A DNA stretch of 63,885 nucleotides, counting the filler, from Octopus bimaculoides (taxonomy: Eukaryota): NCBI RefSeq assembly GCF_001194135.2. It is 7 parts of 5 records of this genome, joined end to end, with 100 filler letters (N's around TTAATTAATTAA, not from the genome) between each part and the next. Parts side by side here need not be neighbours in the genome. Positions count along the whole stretch, not along the records: positions 35,086 to 54,641 come from NC_068985.1; positions 54,742 to 59,820 come from NC_068987.1; positions 59,921 to 62,614 come from NC_068993.1; positions 62,715 to 63,885 come from NC_068984.1; 3 more parts are not named here. The stretch is one strand, 5' to 3'. Positions 50,985 through 63,140 of this stretch are shown here, one piece after another. Under the pieces are notes generated by a model that was given only the letters and a program-made list of their open reading frames with translations, did not search any database and was not told the DNA's origin. The translations under genes were made by a program, and so were the position numbers. Every line of letters starts with the position of its first letter. The stretch's first letter is position 1.

Positions 50985-52254
50985 ATCTGTCTGGCTATCT
51001 ACCATCTGGCTATCCGTCCGATATGTATATATATATATATATATATCACACTCACACACACACACACGCACACATCATACAAATGATGGGAAGTGGTGCT
51101 CAAATGTATGAAACAAAGTTAAATGCAATAACCGAAATAAGTGACCGTTGAAAATTCAGTTCTACAATTGTTTTACGTCCCCAATACAGGTTTGTTCTAA
51201 AGTGCAAGGCGTCGAGCCAAACGGTTATTCACCCACACACGCCCGGGCACCCCCCCCACACACACGGAGAAATGTCTACCAAATATTAGATATTCACATT
51301 ATAATGATTAATAATTTGAATGATTTTAATTTTATCGATTATAAGGCTGTCTATTTACTTCGGTTATGTTTGTGTATCTCTCTCTCTCTATATATATTTG
51401 AATACCCATATGTACGTCCACACACAGACATATACACGCGGTATTTGTATGTGTGTCTGCTAAATCGAGTTTGTATTTGAAACAAGCTTGCTGTCACAGC
51501 GAGGTAGAATGGTATCAATAGAAAATCGTTTTTTAATCATACATGCTTCTGTTGTTTTTTCTACATGTTGTTTGATTCCATGTCAGAGCTAATCAAGTAA
51601 TCTTGTTGTTTGTTCCTCTATTATTCAATCATAGCATATTCTTGACTACATTATCCAGTGCGAACCTTCATTTTTTAAGATGGGGAAAGATTTGGTGGAT
51701 ATTTCTGTGAGGATGAGCAGCCATGTAGAGTCTTCCTTCTCGCCTCCTATTGGCTATTGTTGTTTATTTGGCTGAACTTCATTCTAAGACGCTGTATTAT
51801 ATGATAACTCAGACATACGTTCGGTTTGTGTTTCAAGGTTTTTCCTATTGATGTTTGTATTTGTATTATAGTACCCTGGCCTATATGCCGTGTATTCGCG
51901 ACAAAGCTTGGCGTACAATTACATATATTTACTTGAAATTTACAACTTTCATGTTTATGTAATAAAAGTGATATATTGCATTAGATAATGTACTGTTAGT
52001 AACTCGAACCACAGATAAACTTTATAGTTAGATAACCGAATGGCACGCCCTTCAGCCTTGCGAAACATTCACTCTTCTCATTGATTTAAAATAGTTTTTA
52101 CGCCTATTTGTGTACAATGTTCCACATCAGCTTTGCGATTTATTCAGGGCTATTTTGACCAATACAGTGAAGTTCGCGGTTCACTGAAGAGATCTAATAG
52201 AACCCAAACAGCTTCAGATTTATGTCCCGTATTTGTAGAAACGAGTAAAATAAT

Positions 52255-52470
52255 ATTTGTCATTGAGCATTTATGGTGCATTTTAGAAAAAAACAATTAA
52301 GGAGTCGATATCCTCTGCTATTATCACTACAAAAAGTGGAGACTGTTTTAGCTGAAGAATGGACAAAAATTCCTTTGAAAACAATTCCATATTTCGTAGA
52401 ATTCAAGCTGTAATTACTGCCAAATTTGTTTAAATTTTAAGGTGTTTCCATTATTTTGTCCAATCCCTCT
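52255..52470 (+). mobile_element. Tc1 3' fragment with right TIR
   Basis: IEHLWCILEK..RSRYPLLLSLQKVETVLAEEWTKIPLKTI..RRIQAVITAK; TIR TTCCATTATTTTGTCCAATCCCTC next to TA. Confidence 0.8.
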
Positions 52471-52627
52471 ATAATATACAATTAAAAATCAGCCAGAACA
52501 GTAAAAGAAAAATATTGCAGTACGATGAATATAATGTTTATTTAACGATTGGCTGCTAGGACAAGAATGTGTTTGACGCTTCGGGCGTAAGTATTTCTTC
52601 TTAGAAAATGAAGAAGAAACATCCTGT

Positions 52628-52910
52628 GACGGGATTTGGTAGACGGAAACTGAAAGAAGCCCGTCGTATGTATATATATATATATATATGTATGTGCGTA
52701 AATGTGTATCTGTGTTTGTCCCCCCCAACATCGCTTGACAACCGATGCTGGTGTGTTTACGTCCCCGTAACTTAGCGGTTCTGCATAAGAGACCAATAGA
52801 AGTACTAGGCTTACAAAGAATAAGTCCTGGGGTCGACATGCTCCAACTAAAGGCGGTGCTCCAGCATGGCTGCTGTCTAATGACTGAAACCAGTAAAAGA
52901 ATAAAAGAAT
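52628..52910 (+). mobile_element. 5'-truncated SINE-A
   Basis: GGATTTGGTAGACGGAAACTGAAAGAAGCCCGTCG...GGCGGTGCTCCAGCATGGC..TGACTGAAAC. Confidence 0.88.
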
Positions 52911-53065
52911 ATCATTAAAATTCCCATCTCTCTGCTTATCTATCAATATATCTGTCTATCTAGGTACGTATGAGGGATGCGTGGTTCCGGGTTCGATTCC
53001 GATGCGCAGCTCCATGAATGTGGGCTTTCTGTCGCATCTTCGTCTCTAAAAATTTNNNNNNNNNN

Positions 53066-53099
<34 letters not shown>

Positions 53100-53251
53100 A
53101 GACACAGACACACACAACACACACACACATATACACACATACACACACACACTAGCACGCATGCATACACACGTACGGCTATGCAAACGTGTGCATGTAT
53201 AATCTCTTTTTATTTCTCTCCCCTCTCTTTACTTATAAGCATATCTATCTC

Positions 53252-53300
<49 letters not shown>

Positions 53301-53316
53301 ATGTCTGTCTGTTTCT

Positions 53317-53350
<34 letters not shown>

Positions 53351-53407
53351 NNNNNNNNNNTCTCTGCCTGCCTGCCTGCCTGCCTTCCAGTCTGTCTGTT
53401 TGTCTGC

Positions 53408-53486
<79 letters not shown>

Positions 53487-53565
53487 ACTATCTATCTATC
53501 TATCTATATGGCTGTCTGTTTGCCAATTTGTGTATGTATGCATGCATGTATATATGTATTTATGC

Positions 53566-53605
<40 letters not shown>

Positions 53606-54741
53606 NNNNNNNNNNNNNNNNNNNNNNNNNNNNNNNNNNNNNNNNNNNNNNNNNNNNNNNNNNNNNNNNNNNNNNNNNNNNNNNNNNNNNNNNNNNNNNN
53701 NNNNNNNNNNNNNNNNNNNNNNNNNNNNNNNNNNNNNNNNNNNNNNNNNNNNNNNNNNNNNNNNNNNNNNNNNNNNNNNNNNNNNNNNNNNNNNNNNNNN
53801 NNNNNNNNNNNNNNNNNNNNNNNNNNNNNNNNNNNNNNNNNNNNNNNNNNNNNNNNNNNNNNNNNNNNNNNNNNNNNNNNNNNNNNNNNNNNNNNNNNNN
53901 NNNNNNNNNNNNNNNNNNNNNNNNNNNNNNNNNNNNNNNNNNNNNNNNNNNNNNNNNNNNNNNNNNNNNNNNNNNNNNNNNNNNNNNNNNNNNNNNNNNN
54001 NNNNNNNNNNNNNNNNNNNNNNNNNNNNNNNNNNNNNNNNNNNNNNNNNNNNNNNNNNNNNNNNNNNNNNNNNNNNNNNNNNNNNNNNNNNNNNNNNNNN
54101 NNNNNNNNNNNNNNNNNNNNNNNNNNNNNNNNNNNNNNNNNNNNNNNNNNNNNNNNNNNNNNNNNNNNNNNNNNNNNNNNNNATATATATATATATATAT
54201 ATATAGATGAGTCGTTACTTTAAGTCAAATAGTATTTATAACTCTGCTTGTGTCATGTCTTTATAAGTCGTCGTTCACTTGGTGCTTGGATTAAAAAGAA
54301 TTATCTTTTCAGGCGACCAAGGAATTAGGTCACCACGCATCCAATGTGGATTAACACAAGTCAAAACCGACAGCTATGCGGGGATTCTAGTCGGATAAAA
54401 TGCACGGCATGCTAAACCGGTTGCATGTACATACATACATACATACATACATACATACATGCATGCATACATACATACATACATACATACATACGTATAT
54501 ACATGCATGCATACATACATACACACATACATACATACATACATACATACATGTATACATACATGCATTATATATGCAGGCATGTGTGTATACATGCTTA
54601 TAAGTTTTATATGCACATCAGACAGATCTGTCTGTCTGTTTNNNNNNNNNNNNNNNNNNNNNNNNNNNNNNNNNNNNNNNNNNNNTTAATTAATTAANNN
54701 NNNNNNNNNNNNNNNNNNNNNNNNNNNNNNNNNNNNNNNNN

Positions 54742-54932
54742 AAAAGACATGTTAGGATCCACAATGAGCAGAACTTACTTGCAGGTATTGGTAGTGCATA
54801 TCAGAGGTGCAATCTGTGTGGGTGTTTTTTCAAAACACTGTCTGGTTTAAAAAGCCACATCAGACGCCATGAAAGGGCTAAGGTGTAGGTGCAGGAGGTG
54901 GTCAAACTCTGTTTAAGGAGTAGACAACCACC
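54742..54932 (+). mobile_element. RTE-type LINE 3' end (C2H2-like finger, (TATG)n tail)
   Basis: KRHVRIH...CNLCGCFFKTLSGLKSHIRRH, then a short 3' UTR and a (TATG)n tract; the clade assignment is inferred. Confidence 0.6.
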
Positions 54933-55065
54933 ATGTATGTATGTATGTATGTATGTATGTATGTATGTGTGAGTGTGTGTGCATGTGTGTGCATGTGCGC
55001 GTGTGTGTATGTATGTATGTATGTATATATGTATGTATGTATATATGTATGCATGTATGTGCCTA

Positions 55066-55260
55066 AGCTACAACATCATGTCTCATCGGTTATTTTCGGA
55101 CAACTGCTTATGACGTGGGTGATATCTTCAATGTTAACCCACAAAGACTGCATCGGTTGTCACATTTTGCTGCTTTTCCTGTGTCTCTGTCCCTTTTGTG
55201 CATCAGGTTGATATTTCCTGTTTCTGGATTGCAAACGCATACCCTTCAAAATGGGAGTGA
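55066..55260 (-). mobile_element. R4/Dong-type fragment (CCHC knuckle)
   Basis: HFEGYAFAIQKQEIST*..KRDRDTGKAAKCDNRCSLCG/VNIEDITHVISSCPK/PMRHDVVA. Confidence 0.8.
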
Positions 55261-55359
55261 GTAAACTGGTTGTTGGTTCATTATAGGGGTTCCTATAAGG
55301 TTGTTATCCACCCCTGATTGGAACTCTCCCGTATGACATGTACGCATGCTCAGTGACTT

Positions 55360-55775
55360 GCTTTAACAGTTGCAATCAGCTGAATGCACATTGCCAGTGA
55401 ACTTTTACATAATTACCCACACTCTGTGGTCAGGATTCTTTTTTTGGTTTGATGTCGGTATTGAAGGGATTACCAGACACCGGACAATACAGTGAAAGCA
55501 GCTTTCACTCACATCGTGGTATTCGATGCTGTGTACGTGTCTGTCGTGGTAAAATATGCCACTCCTTAACTGTTGCTTTGATTTCATCCGTAGCACGAGG
55601 TAATTATGTCATTATCTGTGAAATTCGGCAACTTACAAAGATCTTTAGATCAGGCAATACTTCACCGAGAGGAGATATAAGCTTCTGCTTATTCCTGTCT
55701 GAAGTATCGACAGAATTTTTATTCCTTTCAACCTTTCAGTCAAGTCCGCCTTTCTTCCAGTAACATACTGTCCAT
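55360..55775 (-). mobile_element. DNA-transposon accessory ORF remnant (SAP plus SWIM-type CxC; ISL2EU/Kolobok-like)
   Basis: VTGRKADLTERL (SAP C-terminus), GEVLPDL, FYHDRHVHSIEYHDVSESCFHCIVRCLVIPS..NPDHRVWVIM*KFTGNVHSADCNC. Confidence 0.55.
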
Positions 55776-56775
55776 ATAATCTTAAATATTTTTTTAACTC
55801 AGGCACAGTAAGTACTTCGATAGCTGAATCATCGAGCTACTTTATATCCATGATAAGACGTAAAACAATAACAATGGCGTGGGTAGCCTCCGGAAGTTTA
55901 ATTATCTACATGGAGCGCCGCCTAGCCAAGGGAGATAACCTACCTATAGGAAAGCCCTATAGACTGCTTTGATGATCAATATTAGTATCATCATGGAGCT
56001 TACTGCTAACATATCCATGCATTGTCTTCTGCTGATATACGCTCACCCTTGCCTCTGATGATATGCTGCGACAGAGGAGCAAAAGAAAAAAACAATGGCT
56101 ACTATAAAAACTATAGGCCTTAATATCCGAGATAAAGAAGAGAATGCGCAATTTCAAAGAAAAAGAATCGATTATTCTGTTCTTTAAAAATAACTGAGTG
56201 GAAGCTTTAACAGAAATTACAGTCTGGAACGTTGGGTTTCTTTGTATGGTCACTGAGCCTGTTAGAAATATCAGTCAAACAATATTATCGCATTACGGGG
56301 TCATAATTAATGTCATCTTATATATATATATATATAAGCTGTACAGTAAGAGACTTGTCGTCATTTGGGAAAGCAAGCCTCTTACTTTTTTTATAATCAT
56401 AAACTTACTTTTTCTATCGAAGTAAGACGAACAGAAAATTTTCATTAAATGAATTTTTTGTTTGTTATTTAACATGCGCGGTTAGTATTTAGTGATAAAC
56501 ATACGCAGAGCAAAGCTTTTATATGCAGACTTCTCAGTGGATCAAAATACTCTTAAAAAACATGCACAAAATGTGATGGTAAAAGTCAAAAATGTAAAAT
56601 TAATGAAGGTGAACAGTCTTTGGAAAATATATTATAAAAAGGATATCTGTAACGTATAATGCAATGAGAAATAAAATTGTTCTCCGGGATTGCGCTCGGT
56701 TCCAGAAAATTTCGTACATTAAAACGCATGCGCTAAAGAACGCCAAGCCAATGGTACTCTGTTAAACTATAAAGC

Positions 56776-56990
56776 GTGGCCTAGTAGTTAGGGTGCTGCA
56801 TTTACGTTCGCGAGATCGTAGTTTCGATTCCAAAACCGGCTGCGTGTTGTTTCTTCAGGAAAACACTTCATTTCACGTCACGCCAGTTCACTTTGTTGTA
56901 AATAGAAAACCCTGTAACTGACTGGCGTTCGATCCAGTGAGATGATAGCCGGCCCGCCATTCGGAAGCTACAACAAAGAAGCGCATTGTG
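56776..56990 (+). mobile_element. SINE-D, degenerate
   Basis: GCGTGGCCTAGTAGTTAGGGTG..GTTTCGATTCC..GTGTTGTTTCTTCAGGAAAACACTTCATTTCACG..GACTGGCGTTCGATCCAG. Confidence 0.7.
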
Positions 56991-57072
56991 ACCAGTTGTG
57001 TAACAATATCCGGTAGTATGGTCGATATTCTGTGTACATACATACATACATACATACATACATACATACATA

Positions 57073-57430
57073 ACATATGGTTCCGGGTATAGTCCTACTG
57101 TGTGGCACCTTGGGCAAGTGTCTTCAACTATAGCCTCGGACCAACCAAAACCTTGTGAGTGGATTTGGTAGACGGAAACTAAAACAAGTCCTGAGTGTGT
57201 GCGTGTGTGTGTGTGTGTGTGTGTATGTGCGTGTATGTGGCATTTGTGTCTGTGATTGCTCCCTCCACTGGTGCGTTGACGTCGCCTTAAACCAGCGGTT
57301 CAGCAATAGAGATCGACAGATAAATTCCAGGCTTAAAAAATAATTACAAGGGTCGATTCTTCGGTTAAAAATTCTTCAAGGCGATACCCTAGCAAGACCG
57401 CAGTCTAATGACTGAAACAAGTAAAAGATG
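57073..57430 (+). mobile_element. SINE-A
   Basis: ATGGTTCCGGGT..GTGGCACCTTGGGCAAGTGTCTTC...CCGCAGTCTAATGACTGAAACAAGTAAAAGA. Confidence 0.85.
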
Positions 57431-58348
57431 NNNNNNNNNNNNNNNNNNNNNNNNNNNNNNNNNNNNNNNNNNNNNNNNNNNNNNNNNNNNNNNNNNNNNN
57501 NNNNNNNNNNNNNNNNNNNNNNNNNNNNNNNNNNNNNNNNNNNNNNNNNNNNNNNNNNNNNNNNNNNNNNNNNNNNNNNNNNNNNNNNNNNNNNNNNNNN
57601 NNNNNNNNNNNNNNNNNNNNNNNNNNNNNNNNNNNNNNNNNNNNNNNNNNNNNNNNNNNNNNNNNNNNNNNNNNNNNNNNNNNNNNNNNNNNNNNNNNNN
57701 NNNNNNNNNNNNNNNNNNNNNNNNNNNNNNNNNNNNNNNNNNNNNNNNNNNNNNNNNNNNNNNNNNNNNNNNNNNNNNNNNNNNNNNNNNNNNNNNNNNN
57801 NNNNNNNNNNNNNNNNNNNNNNNNNNNNNNNNNNNNNNNNNNNNNNNNNNNNNNNNNNNNNNNNNNNNNNNNNNNNNNNNNNNNNNNNNNNNNNNNNNNN
57901 NNNNNNNNNNNNNNNNNNNNNNNNNNNNNNNNNNNNNNNNNNNNNNNNNNNNNNNNNNNNNNNNNNNNNNNNNNNNNNNNNNNNNNNNNNNNNNNNNNNN
58001 NNNNNNNNNNNNNNNNNNNNNNNNNNNNNNNNNNNNNNNNNNNNNNNNNNNNNNNNNNNNNNNNNNNNNNNNNNNNNNNNNNNNNNNNNNNNNNNNNNNN
58101 NNNNNNNNNNNNNNNNNNNNNNNNNNNNNNNNNNNNNNNNNNNNNNNNNNNNNNNNNNNNNNNNNNNNNNNNNNNNNNNNNNNNNNNNNNNNNNNNNNNN
58201 NNNNNNNNNNNNNNNNNNNNNNNNNNNNNNNNNNNNNNNNNNNNNNNNNNNNNNNNNNNNNNNNNNNNNNNNNNNNNNNNNNNNNNNNNNNNNNNNNNNN
58301 NNNNNNNNNNNNNNNNNNNNNNNNNNNNNNNNNNNNNNNNNNNNNNNN

Positions 58349-58386
<38 letters not shown>

Positions 58387-58594
58387 TTCTGTCTTATTAT
58401 TATTACAGTATAGATTACTGAATCTAGTGGTAATACAAACTAAATCTTTCCAAACCATGATTATTTTTAATCTCTGCTCAATCTCCCATTGTGGTATGAG
58501 CATATTAGATGCAAGGAAGATCTTTTGTACGTTTTTTGGGGAAAAACTGCGTCCAGTAATTACCTCGAGTGTTTTGTTGAGTGTTGTTTTTCGC

Positions 58595-59820
58595 AGCATG
58601 TTATTAAAGCCCTAAGATACCACCCAAACGCCCTACACCTTAGTTAAGGGAGTACTGGCGTAACCTTACAATCGTAACGTGTCTGTTAGTCATCCACACT
58701 GCTCTTAAAGACATGAAAAAAGATATCCTCATCGCATGCTGGAAGGTGTAGCCAGAGAGTGTCCAGAACTACAAGGGTTTCTCACCTGAAGATATTAAGA
58801 ACGAGGCGGTGAACAATGCGGTGAAACTGGTAAAAGTACTTGGAGGCAAAGGTTTTGACATCACGCAAGATGAGGTCAACAATTTCATCGATGCCCACTC
58901 TGAAACCCTGAGAGACGAAGATTTGTTGGAGTTAACTAAGTCTGCCAGCGAAGACGAGGAGGAAGCGCCAGATCCAGAGAAAGAAGAGGATGAGGTGGGG
59001 CTGACAGTCAAACGTCTGTCCGACCTTTTAAGGACAACAAAGGAATTGCAAGGGAAGGCGGAAACATAGGATCCCTATATGGTTCAGTCTCTCCAATTTA
59101 AAAATACCATTGATGCTGCCATGCAGGTGTAAGAAATATCTTTCTTTATTCAACCTTTAGGTTAAATACTTAATTCCTCACATCAAACTTTAAGGAAATT
59201 TAAGAACGGATAACGCAGTCTCTAAACCAGAAACATAACAATATTTATTCTTGTAGGATTCAAACAGCATGGATATTCGGCAGTTCTTGTCGGTAGAGTC
59301 ATACAGCATTGGTTATTCGGCTGTTGGTCGTTTCATCACTTGTCCGCTGTCCCCGTCACGAGTGTGTTGGGTCTCGAAGTGAGCCATACAAAACACGTCC
59401 TTCGCCCACGAAGTTGTCGCCGCAAGAGGAAAATAAAACGCGGGAAAATGTTGAGAGAGTCGAACTACGCATGCGCATGGGACTCTTCCTGTGTTCCTTC
59501 CGGAACTAGTCCCTGCGCATGCGTGGATGAAAACGCAGTAATGGCGACTGTATTTAGGCGCCAAATGACGTCACTACACAGGTATATAAGACTCTCCTTA
59601 CTACGATGAAGAAACAACGATAGCAACTTTCCATCGCAATCTTCCTCGAGCCTACCAAGAAAGCCTTGCAGGAAGAGCTCTAAATTTTCCTTGCTGTGCA
59701 GTCATTACCTTCATTATTTTCATCATCATCGTCTTAAATCAATATCATTCATTATTGGTGAGTAGGCATTTTTATGGACCACGTCCAATATTCGCGGGTG
59801 CTCTAGGAACGTAACCCCCG
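58595..59820 (+). mobile_element. Tigger/pogo (TIGD1-like) transposase C-terminus and 3' end
   Basis: EYWRNLTIVTCLLVIHTALKDMKKDILIACWKV*PESVQNYKGFSPE..AVKLVKVLGGKGFDITQDEVNNFIDAHSETLRDEDLLEL; ends with the Tigger-type subterminal TTCGCGGGTGCTCTAGGAACGTAACCCCCG before a gap. Confidence 0.8.
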
Positions 59821-60143
59821 NNNNNNNNNNNNNNNNNNNNNNNNNNNNNNNNNNNNNNNNNNNNTTAATTAATTAANNNNNNNNNNNNNNNNNNNNNNNN
59901 NNNNNNNNNNNNNNNNNNNNATATATATATAGTTAATTCGCCAGAAAGGAAGAAAAAACAGAAAGTAAAAACAATTGCGCGACGACGAGGTACATGTAAA
60001 GTAGTAGAAGACGCTCAGGGAAGGAAAGAAAGGCAGCTTTATGTTTCGAGCAAAGCTCTTCTTCAGAAACAGGAGACGGAGAAAAGTCCAAGAGAAAAGG
60101 GAGACGGAGGGAAAAAATCGCTAACGATCCACATGTGGTTACG

Positions 60144-60590
60144 TGGAAAACTCTAAAAGGACTTGTACTTAATTACGGCATTTAGTGTTATAAAATACTG
60201 CAACTATCCGCCATTGTAGTGTACCTAAGGTACCATCCGCACTATCTAAACTCAGGATTAGGTACTGCAATAGTCTGGGATTCAAAGGCCCACAGCTCTT
60301 CAATGGTCCGCCACTAAAAATTTAGAAATCTGCATAAAGTGGAAGTAAATGTCTTCAAAAAGGAACTAGACGTCTTCCTCTGCGCAATACCAGATGAACA
60401 AACGGCCAGGCATGAGGTACAGACGAGGGCAGCAGAATCGAACTCCCTTATACACCAACTGGGACAGCAGCTGGGACGAAAGGCACATACAGGAGTGGTG
60501 ATGTGAAAAATCCCAGACTGAGGAAACCAGCAAAAGCACAATGGTGCTCCATCATGACCGCAACCGCATGGTTGAAACGAGTAAAAGGAT
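60144..60590 (+). mobile_element. CR1-group LINE ORF2 C-terminus and 3' tail
   Basis: WKTLKGLVLNYGI..RHCSVPKVPS..RYCNSLGFKGPQLFN..RNLHKVEVNVFKKELDVFLCAIPDEQ..RAAESNSLIHQ, the WKILEGLVPN / FK..LD.FL..IPD / RAA.SNSL motifs of invertebrate CR1-group LINEs. Tail TGGTGCTCCATCATGACCGCAACCGCATGGTTGAAACGAGTAAAAG. Confidence 0.8.
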
Positions 60591-60829
60591 ATGTATATCT
60601 ATATCTATAATTTTAGTATATCATTAATATATATATATGTATGTATGTACGTATGTATGTATGTATGTATGTATGTATGTATGCATGTATCTATGTATGT
60701 ATATGTATGTGTTGGTGTGAGTATATATATATATATATANNNNNNNNNNNNNNNNNNNNNNNNNNNNNNNNNNNNNNNNNNNNNNNNNNNNNNNNNNNNN
60801 NNNNNNNNNNNNNNNNNNNNNNNNNNTAC

Positions 60830-60864
<35 letters not shown>

Positions 60865-60989
60865 TGTATGTATGTATGTACGTATGTATGTATATGAGGT
60901 GCATTACTGAAGTTTTGATACTTTTGTTTAGTAGAGGCAGTTATAACTGTCCTAGATGATTGTAATTTTAGTATATCATTAATATACAT

Positions 60990-61555
60990 TTAATAAGGTG
61001 TTCTGATAACTGTAGTTATTTCCGACTGAAGAAAACTGCTGTAACAGCGATACGTGAAGCCAATTTAGACGCTCGTTATGCAATAAATTTTTATTGTACA
61101 GGGCGGAACGTCAGAACACCAGAGCTTGTTGAAACTCTCATGCAGCCACAAAAACAGTATGCATACAGTTTTGGAGTTGGTGTGACAACTGTACACTGAA
61201 TTATTCACGAAGAGCTGAATATGTGCAAAATTACTTGGCAGAGACGGGTACCAAAACCATTACTCACCCTCCCCACAGTGCAGGCGTTGCTTCTTTTGAT
61301 TTTTGGCTGTTACCCGTGCTGAACGAGCATTTCAGTGTCAATCGTTTTGAAGATAAAGGAAGCTGTAACAAGAGTCCTGGATATCTTTACTTTCGAAGAC
61401 TTCCATGAGGCCTTCGCCAAGCGACTGAAGCGCTAAAACAAGTGCATTAAAGTCGGAGGAGCCTACTTCGAATGGAATTAGAGTTTAGTATTTTGAAGTT
61501 AATAAATGTCTCTCTCGACGAAATCTTAAAACTTCTGGAATACACATTGTATACA
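60990..61555 (+). mobile_element. Internally deleted mariner
   Basis: RYAIKFYC; GVGVTTVH*IIHEELNMCK; TITHPPHSAGVASFDFWLLPVL (HPPYSPDLAP.DFWLFP-like); EAVTRVLD..FHEAF..NKCIKVGGAYFE. Confidence 0.8.
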
Positions 61556-62093
61556 TACATACACACATACATACATACACACAAACACACATGCACGCAC
61601 GCACACACACCCACACATACACGCCCACGCGCACATATATATGTGTATTCATTAATTATTTAGATTTTTTGACACAAACAGCAATATAGAATTCAAAACA
61701 CGAGTTCTTAGCGCTTAAAATTTTTACCAACTTGTGCGTGTTAACTTTGTTCATTATTTGTGACATAACCACCCAATGACATTAAAGTCTAGCGTAAATA
61801 CCCTAATCATAATAAAGTGCATTCTCTTTACTGTATACGGGTGGCGTATATAAAGTGTAAATCGTTTGAAATTCTATTTGTAATTTCCTGTGTTATTTTG
61901 CTATCATGTTTTATGACCCCTTCGTCTAATTAACATAATGAGGATAAAGAATAAATCGTATGAGTAAAGTGATAGAATGAAGTTTCCGAACTACCCGAAG
62001 ACAAGATCTGTTAAGTAGCCAACGGAAACCCATCCCCACGAAACGTAATTTGATAACACAATCAATTAATAGGATTAGAATTTTTCAATCTAT

Positions 62094-62178
62094 TAACCTC
62101 ATCGTTAGAGATGAAACAATATTTTTTAATATCAACTATTAAATATTAATTTCTGTTTCATCTCTAACGATGAGGTTA
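62094..62178. repeat. Hairpin with perfect 25-bp arms and a 35-nt AT loop
   Basis: TAACCTCATCGTTAGAGATGAAACA (62094-62118) versus TGTTTCATCTCTAACGATGAGGTTA (62154-62178). Confidence 0.9.
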
Positions 62179-62384
62179 TTAATCCGAATAATTATAATCT
62201 CATTGACAAAAACTCCTCTCAGACATTTTAAACATTTGATCGCTATCAATTGTTTTGAATTCCAGTCCTTGGTCTGTTATCGAATACAATATCTTTTGCA
62301 TTAAAAGCTATCAATTCCTACGTCAGCGCTCGTGTACTTTTTCGAGCATATTCTGTTTATTTATTTATATCTTTTAACTTTTAA

Positions 62385-62600
62385 TCTTTTACTTCTTTCT
62401 GTCATCAGATTACGGCCATGCTGGGGCACCGCTTTGAAAAAGTTTTAGTCGAATGTATCAAGCCAAATATATTTTTTTAATCCTGGTACTTATTCTGTCG
62501 GTCTTAGTTACCGAACTGCTAGGTTATGGGGATATAAACTCACCAGCACAGGTTGTCAACTAGGAGGCGGAGGGCAAATGCTAACTGAAAGACACACACG
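62385..62600 (-). mobile_element. SINE-A 3' half
   Basis: TTTTACTTCTTTCTGTCATCAGATTACGGCCATGCTGGGGCACCGC...ACCGAACTGCTAGGTTATGGGGA. Confidence 0.75.
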
Positions 62601-62903
62601 CACATGTATGCATANNNNNNNNNNNNNNNNNNNNNNNNNNNNNNNNNNNNNNNNNNNNTTAATTAATTAANNNNNNNNNNNNNNNNNNNNNNNNNNNNNN
62701 NNNNNNNNNNNNNNCGTATTTTTTGTAAATACCCCAAACGTTTTGCGATGTTTTTTTTCATCGTTGTCCCCACTTTTGTTTTTTTTTTTCTGCTTTGTTT
62801 TCGCCCCCCTCGAAAAGAAAAAGCTCTACATCTGTATTTTGTCCCCTCTGTGTTGAGCCCTGTGTGCCTAATAAAGAAACCTATCTATGTCTGTTTGTCT
62901 GTC

Positions 62904-63004
<101 letters not shown>

Positions 63005-63089
63005 TTATCTGTTTGGCTGTCTGGCTGTCTGGCTGTCTGCCTATTTATCTATTTATCTATCTATTTGTCTGTCTATCTGTCTGTCTGTC

Positions 63090-63140
<51 letters not shown>

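Noticed and set aside
54742-54890. C2H2 zinc finger as a host zinc-finger gene exon
   Set aside because: A single finger followed by a short UTR and a (TATG)n tail fits an RTE-type LINE 3' end.
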